Part shown: piece after piece, positions 55,071 to 64,000 of the stretch
Numbering within the stretch: the stretch's first letter is position 1
Layout of the letters: every line of letters begins with the position of its first letter
Source of the DNA: Desulfobacterales bacterium
GTDB lineage: Bacteria > Desulfobacterota > Desulfobacteria > Desulfobacterales > G963662235
DNA length: 64,000 bases
Direction: 5' to 3'
Assembly: GCA_963662235.1 (NCBI GenBank)
Contig: OY759308.1
Span: forward strand, 182,109 to 246,108
Notes under the pieces: model-generated
Database searches by the model: none
The model's input: the letters and a program-made list of their open reading frames with translations, nothing else
What the model was told of the DNA's origin: nothing
Program-made: the position numbers and the translations under genes

Positions 55071-55925
55071 TTACTTATAGTCATAAAAACCTTTGCCAGT
55101 TTTTCTTCCAAGCCAACCTGCTTCAACATATTTTTTCAAAAGAGGGCATGGTCTATATTTTGAATCTTTAAAGCCATCATATAAAACTTCCATAATAGCA
55201 AGGCAGGTATCAAGCCCTATTAAATCTGCAAGAGTAAGAGGTCCCATAGGATGGTTCATACCAAGTTTCATAACTGTATCTATATCTTCTTTTGTACCAA
55301 CACTATGATAAAGAGCAAAAACAGCTTCGTTTATCATTGGCATAAGTATTCTATTTGAGATAAATCCCGGAAAGTCGTTTGAAAAGGCAGGAGTTTTGTT
55401 AAACTTTTTACTTAGCTCCCAAGTTGTATTAAAAGTTTCATCACTTGTTGCAATTCCTCGTATAACCTCAACAAGTTGCATTAGAGGAACAGGATTCATA
55501 AAGTGCATCCCAATAATTTTTTCTGGTCTTTTTGTTTTAGAAGCTATTGTACCGATTGGTATCGAGGAGGTATTTGTGGATAAGATAGTGGTTTCTTTAC
55601 AAATTTCGTCAAGATCTTCAAAGATTTTAAACTTTATTTTCTCTACTTCACTTGCAGCTTCAACAACAAAATCTACTTCTTCCATATCAGCAAGAGAGGT
55701 CGTAATTTTAATTCTTTCTAAAGCTTCGTCTTTTTCTTGCTCTGTGATTTTCCCTTTTTCAGCAAATTTAGAAAGACTTTTTTTGATAGTTTCAAAGCCT
55801 CTTTCTACAAACTCATCTTTTATGTCACACATAACAACTTTAAGTTTACCATTGAAACTTGCTACCTGAGCAATACCATTGCCCATTTGACCTGCACCCA
55901 CTACACCGAATGTTTGAATAGTCAT
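55071..55925 (-). CDS. hbd: 3-hydroxybutyryl-CoA dehydrogenase
   Basis: Rossmann motif [12 protein letters not shown], plus [17 protein letters not shown] and [11 protein letters not shown]. Confidence 0.9.
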   Translation of the reverse strand: MTIQTFGVVGAGQMGNGIAQVASFNGKLKVVMCDIKDEFVERGFETIKKSLSKFAEKGKITEQEKDEALERIKITTSLADMEEVDFVVEAASEVEKIKFKIFEDLDEICKETTILSTNTSSIPIGTIASKTKRPEKIIGMHFMNPVPLMQLVEVIRGIATSDETFNTTWELSKKFNKTPAFSNDFPGFISNRILMPMINEAVFALYHSVGTKEDIDTVMKLGMNHPMGPLTLADLIGLDTCLAIMEVLYDGFKDSKYRPCPLLKKYVEAGWLGRKTGKGFYDYK

Positions 55926-55953
55926 AGCTTAATTCTCCTTAAACTTAAGGTTT

Positions 55954-56068
55954 GAGAACTTTGCACGAACGCATTGTTTTTTCTTCTTAAGAATTTTCTT
56001 AAGGGAAAATACCATAGAAAGCTTTCTATTTATAATTCGCCTTCTTTTGCCCTCTTTTTAGATTCAAG
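55954..56068 (-). repeat. MITE subfamily-2 half copy (End-B' half), abutting the next MITE
   Basis: GAGAACTTTGCACGAACGCATTGTTTTTT...GCCTTCTTTTGCCCTC aligns with 14593-14712 and stops where the copy at 56069 begins. Confidence 0.7.
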
Positions 56069-56264
56069 AAGACCTTTGCACATAGCTCTATTTTGCTTTT
56101 GTTTTGTGGTGAAGTAGTATTTTTATACGTCGAACCCAAAACAAAAGTAAAAGAGAGCGTCAGTCTTTATAAAAATTTTATAGCTTTGGGCAAAATTGCC
56201 AAAAGTTAATGTTTTACTAAAAACTACTATTTTCTTCATAAAAAATATTATGTGCAAAGGTCTC
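56069..56264 (+). mobile_element. MITE, subfamily 1, full copy (196 bp)
   Basis: AAGACCTTTGCACATAGCTC...ATTATGTGCAAAGGTCTC. The hairpin stem is CTTTTGTTTTG / CAAAACAAAAG with the conserved loop GGTGAAGTAGTATTTTTATACGTCGAACC. Confidence 0.9.
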
Positions 56265-56275
56265 ACAAAGATATT

Positions 56276-56402
56276 CTAAGTGCAAAGATCTTAAAAACTT
56301 ATAAATACTAATGTTCTTTTTTACAAGATTTTTGGCTTTAATATATAAAAATATTACTAAAACACAAAAATCTTACAAAATTTAAACTGTGTGCAAAGGC
56401 CT
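56276..56402 (-). repeat. Degenerate MITE material: one solo terminus (56276-56292) plus an End-A+hairpin partial copy (to 56402)
   Basis: Both CTAAGTGCAAAGATCTT and CTGTGTGCAAAGGCCT read in the same direction. On the minus strand the partial copy shows GGCCTTTGCACACAG...AAGATTTTTG-loop-CAAAAATCTT. Confidence 0.55.
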
Positions 56403-56418
56403 TAAGTAGCATCTCTTT

Positions 56419-56958
56419 TTACTGCTTATAATTTTTTGCAGCATTATACCCTTCTTCCAGTGCTTTAAAATTAATTTCCTGCTTAGAAGCTGGGATTCTA
56501 TTTGATAGAGCCTTTTTCATAGAACTTAAGGAAACAAGGTTATTACAAAAATAACATATAGCACCAAGAGCTACCACATTAGCTGTTATTTTTAAGCCCG
56601 TTACTTCTTCCGCTATTTTTGTAAAAGGTATTTTTATAGTATTTGTTGTTGGGAAATCTTTAACATAAAATGAATCTACAAGCAAAATCCCCTCTTTTTT
56701 TAAATCTATATAATATGAATCACAAGCGTCCTGACTCATAGCAAGCAAAAGATCGAGGTGAATAGCTTTAGGATAATCGATTTCTTCATCACTTATAACA
56801 ACTTCTGCTTTACTTTTACCGCCTCTTGCTTCTGGTCCATAACTTTGTGTTTGAACAGCTTTTTTGCCCCCATATATTCCTACTGCCTCAGCAAGCAAAA
56901 CACCAGCTAAGATAAGTCCCTGCCCGCCAAATCCAGACAATCTAATTTCATAACGCAT
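56419..56958 (-). CDS. korC: 2-oxoacid:ferredoxin oxidoreductase gamma subunit (Kor-type)
   Basis: IRLSGFGGQGLILAGVLLAEA...SYGPEARGG is typical of OFOR gamma subunits. It is the last gene of a delta-alpha-beta-gamma operon. Confidence 0.85.
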   Translation of the reverse strand: MRYEIRLSGFGGQGLILAGVLLAEAVGIYGGKKAVQTQSYGPEARGGKSKAEVVISDEEIDYPKAIHLDLLLAMSQDACDSYYIDLKKEGILLVDSFYVKDFPTTNTIKIPFTKIAEEVTGLKITANVVALGAICYFCNNLVSLSSMKKALSNRIPASKQEINFKALEEGYNAAKNYKQ

Positions 56959-57009
56959 TTTTATTTTAATCCTTATTAAAAAATTAAATTTTTTCTCAAA
57001 AAATTTAAG

Positions 57010-57858
57010 CTAAACTTTTTTAGCAGCATTTTGTCTTATTGTCTCATATTGTTCGACAAAATTTGGAAGTTTCTCATCTCTTAAAACACCTATAGAAAAC
57101 TTACCTTCCATCTCTTTTTCTGTCATTTTTTCAGCTTTTTCAATTCTTACACCATTCTCTTTATATTTTTTCAACATAGCGATATGGTCGCCTCTCTTAT
57201 TTAGTTTACCAAATTGTGTATGGCATTGTGTAAGAACCTCAACAACAGAAAAACCACTGTTTTCAAAAGCTTTTTGAATTAAATTGGTCAGCATAGCAGC
57301 ATGATAAGTTGTCCCTCTTGCAACAAAACCTGCACCTGCTGTTATTGCAAGTTCAGAAATTTTAAAAGGTTGTTCAATATGAGAATATGGTGCTGTTGTA
57401 GCATAAGAATTTTTAGGCGTTGCAGGAGAATATTGACCTCCAGTCATTCCATATATACTGTTATTCATTATAACCATTGTAATATCTATATTTCTTCTTG
57501 CAGCATGAATAAAATGGTTGCCTCCAATTGCGAGAGCATCACCATCTCCACTTACAACAATCACTTTCAACTTGCTGTTGGCAAGTTTAATACCTGTTGC
57601 AAAAGTAAGAGCTCTTCCGTGAAGAGAGTGAAGTGTGTTAAAATCTAAATAGACTGGCATACGGCTGGAACAACCTATTCCTGATACCATAACCACTTCA
57701 TCTTTTTTATATTCAAGGGCGTGAATAGCACGAACAATAGCACTTAAAACTATACCATGTCCACAACCGGGACACCACATATGTGGAAATTTTTTACTGT
57801 GTCTTAAATATTCGTGTACAATATGTGTTGAATGTTTTAATACATTAGCTTTCATCAT
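57010..57858 (-). CDS. korB: 2-oxoacid:ferredoxin oxidoreductase beta subunit (TPP-binding)
   Basis: WCPGCGHG, GIGCSSR and GDGDALAIGGNHFIHAARRNIDI (TPP motif). Confidence 0.9.
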   Translation of the reverse strand: MMKANVLKHSTHIVHEYLRHSKKFPHMWCPGCGHGIVLSAIVRAIHALEYKKDEVVMVSGIGCSSRMPVYLDFNTLHSLHGRALTFATGIKLANSKLKVIVVSGDGDALAIGGNHFIHAARRNIDITMVIMNNSIYGMTGGQYSPATPKNSYATTAPYSHIEQPFKISELAITAGAGFVARGTTYHAAMLTNLIQKAFENSGFSVVEVLTQCHTQFGKLNKRGDHIAMLKKYKENGVRIEKAEKMTEKEMEGKFSIGVLRDEKLPNFVEQYETIRQNAAKKV

Positions 57859-59015
57859 TACGACCTCCGTATAGCATTTAAAATTTCTGTTGGAGTTATC
57901 ACATTACCGTCATATCTATTAACCTTTTTTAAAGTAGTATAGTTTTTGTTAACTCTATCTACTTCACCGGCAATCTGTCCAAAATTCATCTCAGGAACAA
58001 AAGTAAATTTACTCTTTCTCAAAACTTCTATAACCTCTTTTCCAGGGAAAGGGAAAAGCGTTACAAGTTGCAAAACACCAACTTTGATTCCAATTTCTCT
58101 TGCCATTCTTGCCGCACTTATTGCAGATCTCGTGATAGAGCCATAAACAATAATAGAGATATCTGCATCGTCCATCATATACTCTTTAACGATTTGAATA
58201 TTTTGCTTAGCACGATTTATTTTTCTAAAAATTCTCTCGTTAAAGCTTATAACTTCATTTGGCTTACTTGTTGGGAAACCATAGGCGTCATGAGTCAAAC
58301 CAGTTACATGATATCTATAACCTTCTCCAAAAGGTGACATAGGAGGAACTCCACTTGAGTTATCTTCATAAGGTTTATACCATTCTGGAGGCATTTTGGG
58401 TTTTACTCTATTAAATACCGTATATTCAGATTTGTTTGGGATAGTAAAAACCTCTCTCGTATGCGAAACGATTTCGTCCGATAAGATTATAACAGGCGTT
58501 CTATATTTTTCAGAAAAATTAAAAGCAGTGATTGTGTATCTAAAACATTCTTCAACATTAGCTACAGCAAGAACAATGATTGGGTGATCTCCATGAGTAC
58601 CCCACCTTGCCTGCATAACATCACTTTGTGATGGTGCAGTTGCAATACCAGTACTTGGACCAGCTCTCATAACATTAACAACAACAGTTGGAACTTCCGC
58701 CATACAAGCAAAACCTATTGCCTCTTGCTTAAGAGAAAAACCTGGACCACTTGTTGCTGTCATAGATTTTACACCTGCAAGAGAGGCACCTGTTATAGCT
58801 CCCATACTGGCTATTTCATCTTCCATTTGAATAAATGTACCACCTATCTTAGGGAGCTCAGTTGCCATCGCTTCTGCTATCTCTGTTGCTGGAGTAATAG
58901 GATAACCTGCAAAGAACCTACAACCTGCAGCAATTGCTCCTTCTGCTATTGCTTGGTTCCCTTGTATTAAAACAGGTTTAGCTTCTTCTTGGTTTTTAAT
59001 TGTTTTTGCAGCCAA
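57858..59015 (-). CDS. korA: 2-oxoacid:ferredoxin oxidoreductase alpha subunit
   Basis: GNQAIAEGAIAAGCRFFAGYPITPATEI, SMTATSGPGFSL. Confidence 0.9.
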   Translation of the reverse strand: MAAKTIKNQEEAKPVLIQGNQAIAEGAIAAGCRFFAGYPITPATEIAEAMATELPKIGGTFIQMEDEIASMGAITGASLAGVKSMTATSGPGFSLKQEAIGFACMAEVPTVVVNVMRAGPSTGIATAPSQSDVMQARWGTHGDHPIIVLAVANVEECFRYTITAFNFSEKYRTPVIILSDEIVSHTREVFTIPNKSEYTVFNRVKPKMPPEWYKPYEDNSSGVPPMSPFGEGYRYHVTGLTHDAYGFPTSKPNEVISFNERIFRKINRAKQNIQIVKEYMMDDADISIIVYGSITRSAISAARMAREIGIKVGVLQLVTLFPFPGKEVIEVLRKSKFTFVPEMNFGQIAGEVDRVNKNYTTLKKVNRYDGNVITPTEILNAIRRS

Positions 59016-59018
59016 TTT

Positions 59019-59303
59019 CTATTCCTCCTCTTTTTCTTTAATTTCAATAGCATAATCTGGACATCTCAATTCACATTGTCCGCATCCGATACAAGCATCT
59101 GGGTTAAGTGCCGTTAATTTTTGATTTTCATCAAAACCAAGTACTTCGTTAGGACAAAAAGAGACACAAATTCCACATTGCTTACACCAAATATTATAAA
59201 TAAAAATTTCAAACCTCTTTTTTTTCTTAGGGGGAATGATTTTTGTATCTTGATTCGTTTTCTTAGAAGTACTTTCCTTTTTAACATTCTTTATTTTTTT
59301 CAA
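59019..59303 (-). CDS. korD: 2-oxoacid:ferredoxin oxidoreductase delta subunit (2x[4Fe-4S] ferredoxin)
   Basis: CKQCGICVSFCP and CIGCGQCELRCP. Confidence 0.85.
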   Translation of the reverse strand: MKKIKNVKKESTSKKTNQDTKIIPPKKKKRFEIFIYNIWCKQCGICVSFCPNEVLGFDENQKLTALNPDACIGCGQCELRCPDYAIEIKEKEEE

Positions 59304-59414
59304 TTTTAATTCCTTTTAATTTTAGTTTAAAAGTTATTCTTAAAAAATAATACCCAAACCTTTTTAATTAATTAGAAAGTAAAAAGACACATCAATTTTC
59401 TAATTAAAACAAGA

Positions 59415-59554
59415 TTTTAATACACGAAAAAGAGAGCGTTAGTCTTTATAAAACTTTAGAGGTTTTTCGCCTTTCGGCGAACCCCCTTAATCCCCCTTTA
59501 AAGGGGAAAATGGTAAAAAAAATCTCACGAAAAAACATTATGTGCAAAGCTCTC
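59415..59554 (+). repeat. MITE subfamily-1 partial copy (5'-truncated, right end intact)
   Basis: ...AAAGAGAGCGTTAGTCTTTATAAAACTTTAGAGGTTTTTCGCCTTTCGGCGAACCCCCTTAATCCCCCTTTAAAGGGG...ACATTATGTGCAAAGCTCTC is collinear with the 3' two-thirds of the 59589 copy. Confidence 0.7.
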
Positions 59555-59588
59555 GAAAAAATATAAAATTTAACTGCAATACGTTATT

Positions 59589-59796
59589 GAGAGCTTTGCA
59601 CATAGCTCTATTTTGTAATATTTTTGTGGTGAAGTAGTATATTAATACGTCGAACCCAAAAATATTACAAAAGAGAGCGTCAGTCTTTATAAAGCTTTAG
59701 AGGTTTTTCGCCTTTCGGCGAACCCCCCTTAATCCCCCTTTAAAGGGGAAAATGGTAAAAAAAATCTCACGAAAAAACATTATGTGCAAAGCTCTC
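59589..59796 (+). mobile_element. MITE, subfamily 1, full copy (208 bp) with 6-bp TSD GTTATT
   Basis: GAGAGCTTTGCACATAGC...CATTATGTGCAAAGCTCTC is flanked by GTTATT at 59583-88 and 59797-802. A further solo End-B (CATTATGTGCAAAAGTCTT) follows at ~59817-59838. Confidence 0.95.
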
Positions 59797-60039
59797 GTTA
59801 TTGTTTTTTATAAAAAACATTATGTGCAAAAGTCTTATTAACTAAACATTATATCAAGGATTTCTAATAATTCGGGTGGGTAATAACAAGTAGGTTTTTT
59901 TTTTTCAAGGAATACAATAGAAGATTAAAAAAAAGGGGATATTAAAGAGATAACAAAACAATTTAAACCTTATTCAATATAAATTATTTTGTTTTTTAAG
60001 GAATTTGTGAGGTAAAAAAATTATTTTACAGGATAATAA

Positions 60040-60477
60040 TTATTTTACAGGATAATAATAGAGGTCTCTATCTTCTGGATTTGCATTTATAAACTGAACA
60101 GCTTCTAATTTTTTAGTATTAACAACAATAGGGCTTAAAAGATTTGCAGTTATAGTTTTTTCTTTTTCTTTTTCTTTAATGTTAATAACTACATAAACTT
60201 CTAAGTCTTCTTTATCTTCTTTGTCCCAATTCATATCTTTAATCAAAAGATCAAGATCTACTTTATAATCGTTTTTAAAAATATATGGGCTCATTACAAT
60301 AAGTGCAATTTCAGGGATTTCAATACTTTGAAACCAACAAAAAGGTTTAATATCTTCTCTATCTAAAATTACATATTGATTATAACCACTGAAGCCAGGA
60401 AGACCTTTAGGCATAGTAATTATATTTTTTTCATCAATTTCTATTTCGCCAAACTTTTTTGTGTTAATTTTTTTCAT
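60040..60477 (-). CDS. fliW: Flagellar assembly factor FliW
   Basis: FGEIEIDEKNIITMPKGLPGF...YVILD...F.WFQS pattern. It lies adjacent to csrA. Confidence 0.85.
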   Translation of the reverse strand: MKKINTKKFGEIEIDEKNIITMPKGLPGFSGYNQYVILDREDIKPFCWFQSIEIPEIALIVMSPYIFKNDYKVDLDLLIKDMNWDKEDKEDLEVYVVINIKEKEKEKTITANLLSPIVVNTKKLEAVQFINANPEDRDLYYYPVK

Positions 60478-60495
60478 TGTATAACTACCATAAAT

Positions 60496-60732
60496 TTATT
60501 TTTTATTATTTTTTCCCCATAATTGAACAAATTCTTCAATATTTCCATATTTTCTTGAAGAAAGCAAGTTTTCTCTTACTGTATTATCATACACCTCTTT
60601 TCTTAAAATCAAGATGTCTTTTGGTGCATCAATGCCAATAGTTATGTTGTTTTTCTTTATATCTAAAACTGTTAAAACTATATTTTCACCAATTTTTATT
60701 TTCTCATTTAGTTTTCTAGTTAGTATAAGCAT
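60496..60732 (-). CDS. csrA: Carbon storage regulator CsrA (flagellar-type)
   Basis: MLILTRKLNEKIKIGENIVLTVLDIKKNNITIGIDAPKDILILRKEV. Confidence 0.9.
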   Translation of the reverse strand: MLILTRKLNEKIKIGENIVLTVLDIKKNNITIGIDAPKDILILRKEVYDNTVRENLLSSRKYGNIEEFVQLWGKNNKK

Positions 60733-60796
60733 ACATATCCTTACAAATATCTGAATTCATATCGCCTTGACATATCCTTCAAAAAATTAATTTTTA

Positions 60797-62794
60797 CTAA
60801 AGATAATCCAGAAGACTTAAATTCATAACTTTAACTGTAGCACTAAGTGCTGCTTGATAAGCAGTATCTAACTGCTCTAATTTTAAATACGCCTCAGTAG
60901 CATCTGTGTCTTCAAGGTCTGAACGTTGCGTTTCAACATAAAGTTCAGTTTTGCTCAAAAACGCTTCTCTTCTTTCCACATTATTGTATCTATAACCAAA
61001 TTCCGCAACAACACTATTAACATGGTCAAAATGCATTTCGAATCTGGCAAAAAGTTTAGAAATAGCTTCTGTATCCTCATTATTCATTGCATCCTTAAGA
61101 GCAAAAAGAGAATCAAACATAGTAACACTTATTTTGTTATCGCTTTTAATTGTGCCCATAGAAACATCGCCAGATGTATAACCAAGTGTTGCACCAAGAT
61201 TTTGACCAGTCCCGCCCTCTGCTTTTGACCTATTTTGTCCTGTACCCCATAAAAAATCGAGCTTAGAAAGAGTGTTGCCATTTTCTTTCATAACATATGT
61301 AGAAGAATTTTTATCATAAATAATACTGTAATCGATTGAATTGCCACTCGTTTTTGAAACTTTTTCCATTTCTATTTCGATAGCAAGAGCTAGTTCATCA
61401 CTCGTATATTGTCCTGCTGGGACTGAAATAGTTAAATCTTTTGTCGTACCTGATGAATTAGTTTCTCTAAAATCAAGCTTATTATTTGTAGTATTTAATG
61501 TTATTCGATTAGTACTATCTCGATAAGTTACTTTTGTCCCTAAAAGAGAGTGACTTACATCATCAAAAGTTGTATCAAATCCTAAATCGCTCCCTATAGA
61601 AGTATCCGATTTTGCTTTATCGATATGAAAAGAGACGGCATCACCTGCATCTGCTGCTTCATTTAAATGTATCTCAATTTCTGAACTTCCAGATCCATCA
61701 ATATTTATGTAAATATTTTTACTATCTCCTGTAATATTGTCAGAAGTTATTTCATAACCTGAAGAGTCCACTAATTTCCATTCATAAGATTCTGTACCAC
61801 TTATTTGAGTCCATTCAAGCTTAAAAGGGTTTTTAGTAATTGTCTCTTTTGTTGAAGTAGTTAAATTACTATTATCATTAACTGTAACATTGACATTGTT
61901 TACATTAATGCCTTGCGTAGTAACATCTGTAACCCTACCTTCATAACCACTTTTCCATAAAAAAGAACAGTTTAAAAGGTCTTTGGTTTTACCATCATCT
62001 TGTATAGTTATCTTACCATCGGTAGCGTTATAAGAGACATCATAAGTAACTCCATAACCATTTTCTTTTGAAGCTGCATCAAGAGCTTTTTTTATTTCAG
62101 AAACAATATCTGCAGGTTTATATTGACCATCAGGTATTGTTGCAGTTATAAATTTGTCGGCATTGGGTCCTGTACCTTTTGTCTCTTTAAAAACAATTGT
62201 ATCATTAACACCAAGTGCTACATTAATTTTTTCATTTTCAAAAACTCCACTTCCAGTTTTACTTAAGCCCATAGAAGTCAGATCATCAAGTTTAAGCTGA
62301 AATTCGTTAGAATTACCATTATAAGTTATTTTAGTAGGATTACTTATATTATCTTTAAGAAAAGCTTTTTTATTAGTGTCTGTGCCTGAAAATATATAAT
62401 TGCCATCAACTGTTGAGTTAGAGAGTGTAAAAATTTCTTCCATTAAGCTTTCTACTTCTATCGCCATAGGCCCATATTCAGTTGAAGTCAAATGCCCGTT
62501 AATAGCTTGATTACATAAACTTTTTACCTCTTCTAATGTATTCTCAACTTGAGTTAAAGCGTTCTCCCCTTCTGAAAGCCATCTTTTCCCTAAAGTTAAA
62601 TTCGCATTATATTGCTCTATTCCTATTAAAGTTGATTTTAAATCAAAGATTTCTGTAGTATCTGAAGGATTATCTGCAAGACTATTTATTTTCTTTCCTG
62701 TAGCAATAGAATAGTTTACCTCATAACGCTCTGATGAAATTCTATTTAAATCTTTATTGGCTGTTTTAAAAAAACTTAAACTCGTAATTCTCAT
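60797..62794 (-). CDS. flgL: Flagellar hook-associated protein 3 (FlgL), long form with a large central insertion
   Basis: Flagellin-like N-terminus (MRITSLSFFKTANKDLNRIS...LADNPSD) and C-terminus (...EAYLKLEQLDTAYQAALSATVKVMNLSLLDYL) enclose a ~350-aa Thr/Asn/Gly-rich middle region. Confidence 0.8.
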   Translation of the reverse strand: MRITSLSFFKTANKDLNRISSERYEVNYSIATGKKINSLADNPSDTTEIFDLKSTLIGIEQYNANLTLGKRWLSEGENALTQVENTLEEVKSLCNQAINGHLTSTEYGPMAIEVESLMEEIFTLSNSTVDGNYIFSGTDTNKKAFLKDNISNPTKITYNGNSNEFQLKLDDLTSMGLSKTGSGVFENEKINVALGVNDTIVFKETKGTGPNADKFITATIPDGQYKPADIVSEIKKALDAASKENGYGVTYDVSYNATDGKITIQDDGKTKDLLNCSFLWKSGYEGRVTDVTTQGINVNNVNVTVNDNSNLTTSTKETITKNPFKLEWTQISGTESYEWKLVDSSGYEITSDNITGDSKNIYINIDGSGSSEIEIHLNEAADAGDAVSFHIDKAKSDTSIGSDLGFDTTFDDVSHSLLGTKVTYRDSTNRITLNTTNNKLDFRETNSSGTTKDLTISVPAGQYTSDELALAIEIEMEKVSKTSGNSIDYSIIYDKNSSTYVMKENGNTLSKLDFLWGTGQNRSKAEGGTGQNLGATLGYTSGDVSMGTIKSDNKISVTMFDSLFALKDAMNNEDTEAISKLFARFEMHFDHVNSVVAEFGYRYNNVERREAFLSKTELYVETQRSDLEDTDATEAYLKLEQLDTAYQAALSATVKVMNLSLLDYL

Positions 62795-62813
62795 TTTTTT
62801 TACCTTTTATGTT

Positions 62814-62838
62814 GAGACCTTTGCACATAGCTCTATTT
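62814..62838 (+). repeat. Solo MITE terminal repeat (End-A type) in the flgK-flgL junction
   Basis: GAGACCTTTGCACATAGCTCTATTT matches the first 25 nt of End-A. The flgK TAG stop (62833-35, minus strand) and its last Lys codon lie inside it. Confidence 0.65.
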
Positions 62839-64000
62839 CATATTTAAAAGAGTTGACAACATCTCATCTACAGTCACTATAACTTTTGAAGCTGCTGACC
62901 AAGCTTGTTGAAATTTTATAAGGTCTATCATTTCTTCATCTGACGAAACACTGGAGAAAGAATCTCTTCTTGTAACAAGTCCCTCTAACATAGATTCATT
63001 AAAACTTTTTGAATTTTCAAGAGTTTGATATTTTGTACCAAAATCAGAAATAAAACTATAATAATAAGAATCAAGGGTTTCTTCACTATAGTTACAAACC
63101 ATTTCACCATCAGAATTTATGCTCCATCTTGCAATTGTCGCTTCAGCATCTTTTAAATCGGATATTTTTACTGCATTTTGGCTATCACCCTTTCCAAATG
63201 AACCATCTGAGTAAAGAACTCCTGCATTAATATATTTAACTTCCTTAAGAGTTGTATTAACATTTACATCTTTAATATTTTCTCCAGTAAAAAAAGTATT
63301 GATACCTAAAGTAGCCAAAAGTCCGTTATCATAAGTATCACCTGAATCAAAAGCAAAATAGGTGTTACTACCATCTGTAGGTACAAAAGACATCTTATTA
63401 TCTACTGTAGTCGCCTGCATATTAACACCTGCTGCTTTTGCAACAGCATTAAATCTTTTTTGAAAAGATTGAAACGTCCAGTGCCAATCTTGTTCTCTTT
63501 CAAGTGTTGGATTGCCAGACGTATCTGTAGTTATTGTAAAACTGTCTCCATTATAAACTTGTGCGGCATCAAGAAAAATTGACATACCTTCAAACTCTGC
63601 AAGAACAGTTTTAAGAGGGTCAAGTTTATTCCCCTCAAGAGTTATACTGCCGCTTCTTGCACCATTTTCCCACTCTACCGTAATATCATCTTTACCAATT
63701 GTTCCATTTGAAATTATTTTAAAATTGTAGCTACTTGAAACGACATTCGCTTTGCCTTTAGTATATATATTTAAATTGATAGGTTTACCCATATCGTTTG
63801 TTTGAAGGCTAAAAGTGTTTCCTGCGATAAGCGTTCCATAACCGACATCAAAACTTATTGTACTATTGTTCCCACAATTTACAGTCATATTCCCTGAATC
63901 AGTTATTGTAAATTTACCACTTTTCCCTGCATATGAACCATCAGTATTTATAGCTCTCCAACTTATTGTGGCAGGTGATACCACAATTTTTTTTGCTATT
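62833..64000 (-). CDS. flgK: Flagellar hook-associated protein 1 (FlgK), C-terminal part (5' end lies outside the window)
   Basis: The frame is open to the window edge. The C-terminus ...SVSSDEEMIDLIKFQQAWSAASKVIVTVDEMLSTLLNMK is the conserved FlgK C-terminal helix. Confidence 0.85.
   Translation of the reverse strand, partial: IAKKIVVSPATISWRAINTDGSYAGKSGKFTITDSGNMTVNCGNNSTISFDVGYGTLIAGNTFSLQTNDMGKPINLNIYTKGKANVVSSSYNFKIISNGTIGKDDITVEWENGARSGSITLEGNKLDPLKTVLAEFEGMSIFLDAAQVYNGDSFTITTDTSGNPTLEREQDWHWTFQSFQKRFNAVAKAAGVNMQATTVDNKMSFVPTDGSNTYFAFDSGDTYDNGLLATLGINTFFTGENIKDVNVNTTLKEVKYINAGVLYSDGSFGKGDSQNAVKISDLKDAEATIARWSINSDGEMVCNYSEETLDSYYYSFISDFGTKYQTLENSKSFNESMLEGLVTRRDSFSSVSSDEEMIDLIKFQQAWSAASKVIVTVDEMLSTLLNMK

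Overview
AT-rich bacterial chromosomal segment; the taxon cannot be assigned from sequence alone.

**Layout**
- **1-11.8 kb, housekeeping genes:** ychF (5' partial), a TPR membrane protein, gltX, rpsA, sppA, a TPR protein, clpB and tRNA-Thr(CGU).
- **11.9-19 kb, metal-transport block:** a NicO-like permease with DUF1007, two TsaA/TrmO-like genes (one fused to FmdE), and a FecBCD/Btu-type ABC importer. The importer lies in a visibly GC-richer sub-block.
- **19-35.2 kb:**
  - a pentapeptide-repeat gene bracketed by REP-like hairpin repeats, next to a decayed RayT-type transposase;
  - higBA;
  - an EBP-like AAA+ regulator lacking GAFTGA;
  - one 3632-aa PUFA-synthase-like megasynthase with domain order ER'-ER-KS-KS*-AT-KS-ACP-ACP-KR-DH.
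- **35.4-48.0 kb, accessory island.** I read this as an integron-type gene-cassette array.
- **48.1-64 kb, core metabolism and flagellar genes (all minus strand):** sdhCAB, sucCD, acyl-CoA dehydrogenase, hbd, korDABC, fliW-csrA-flgL and flgK (partial).

**Main result: the cassette array**
- All cassettes point the same way. Cargo: an Avs-like Mrr-nuclease STAND ATPase, brnTA, an 893-aa NB-ARC-like STAND protein, a PD-(D/E)XK protein and a DUF6602-like protein.
- Four cassettes end in a complete 130-132-bp attC-like site; the brnTA site is cut short by an IS copy.
- In each complete site the inverse core is the reverse complement of that cassette's own first bases.
- The only recombinase remnants are two 3' fragments of a short XerC/D-type tyrosine recombinase. 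They lack the IntI-specific insertion and abut attI-like junctions.
- An IS-like element with 20-bp terminal inverted repeats (TIRs) sits right after attC core sites. It encodes a Y1-HUH + DnaA_C-like transposase that is now decayed.

**Repeat family across the window**
- A 150-210-bp MITE family with TIR GAGACCTTTGCACATA has 7 full copies plus partial and solo ends.
- Three copies show perfect 6-bp target-site duplications (TSDs).
- One filled-site versus empty-site pair lies inside the window.
- An internal hairpin shows compensatory stem changes between copies.

All calls come from reading the sequence and the ORF translations. No database search was run.
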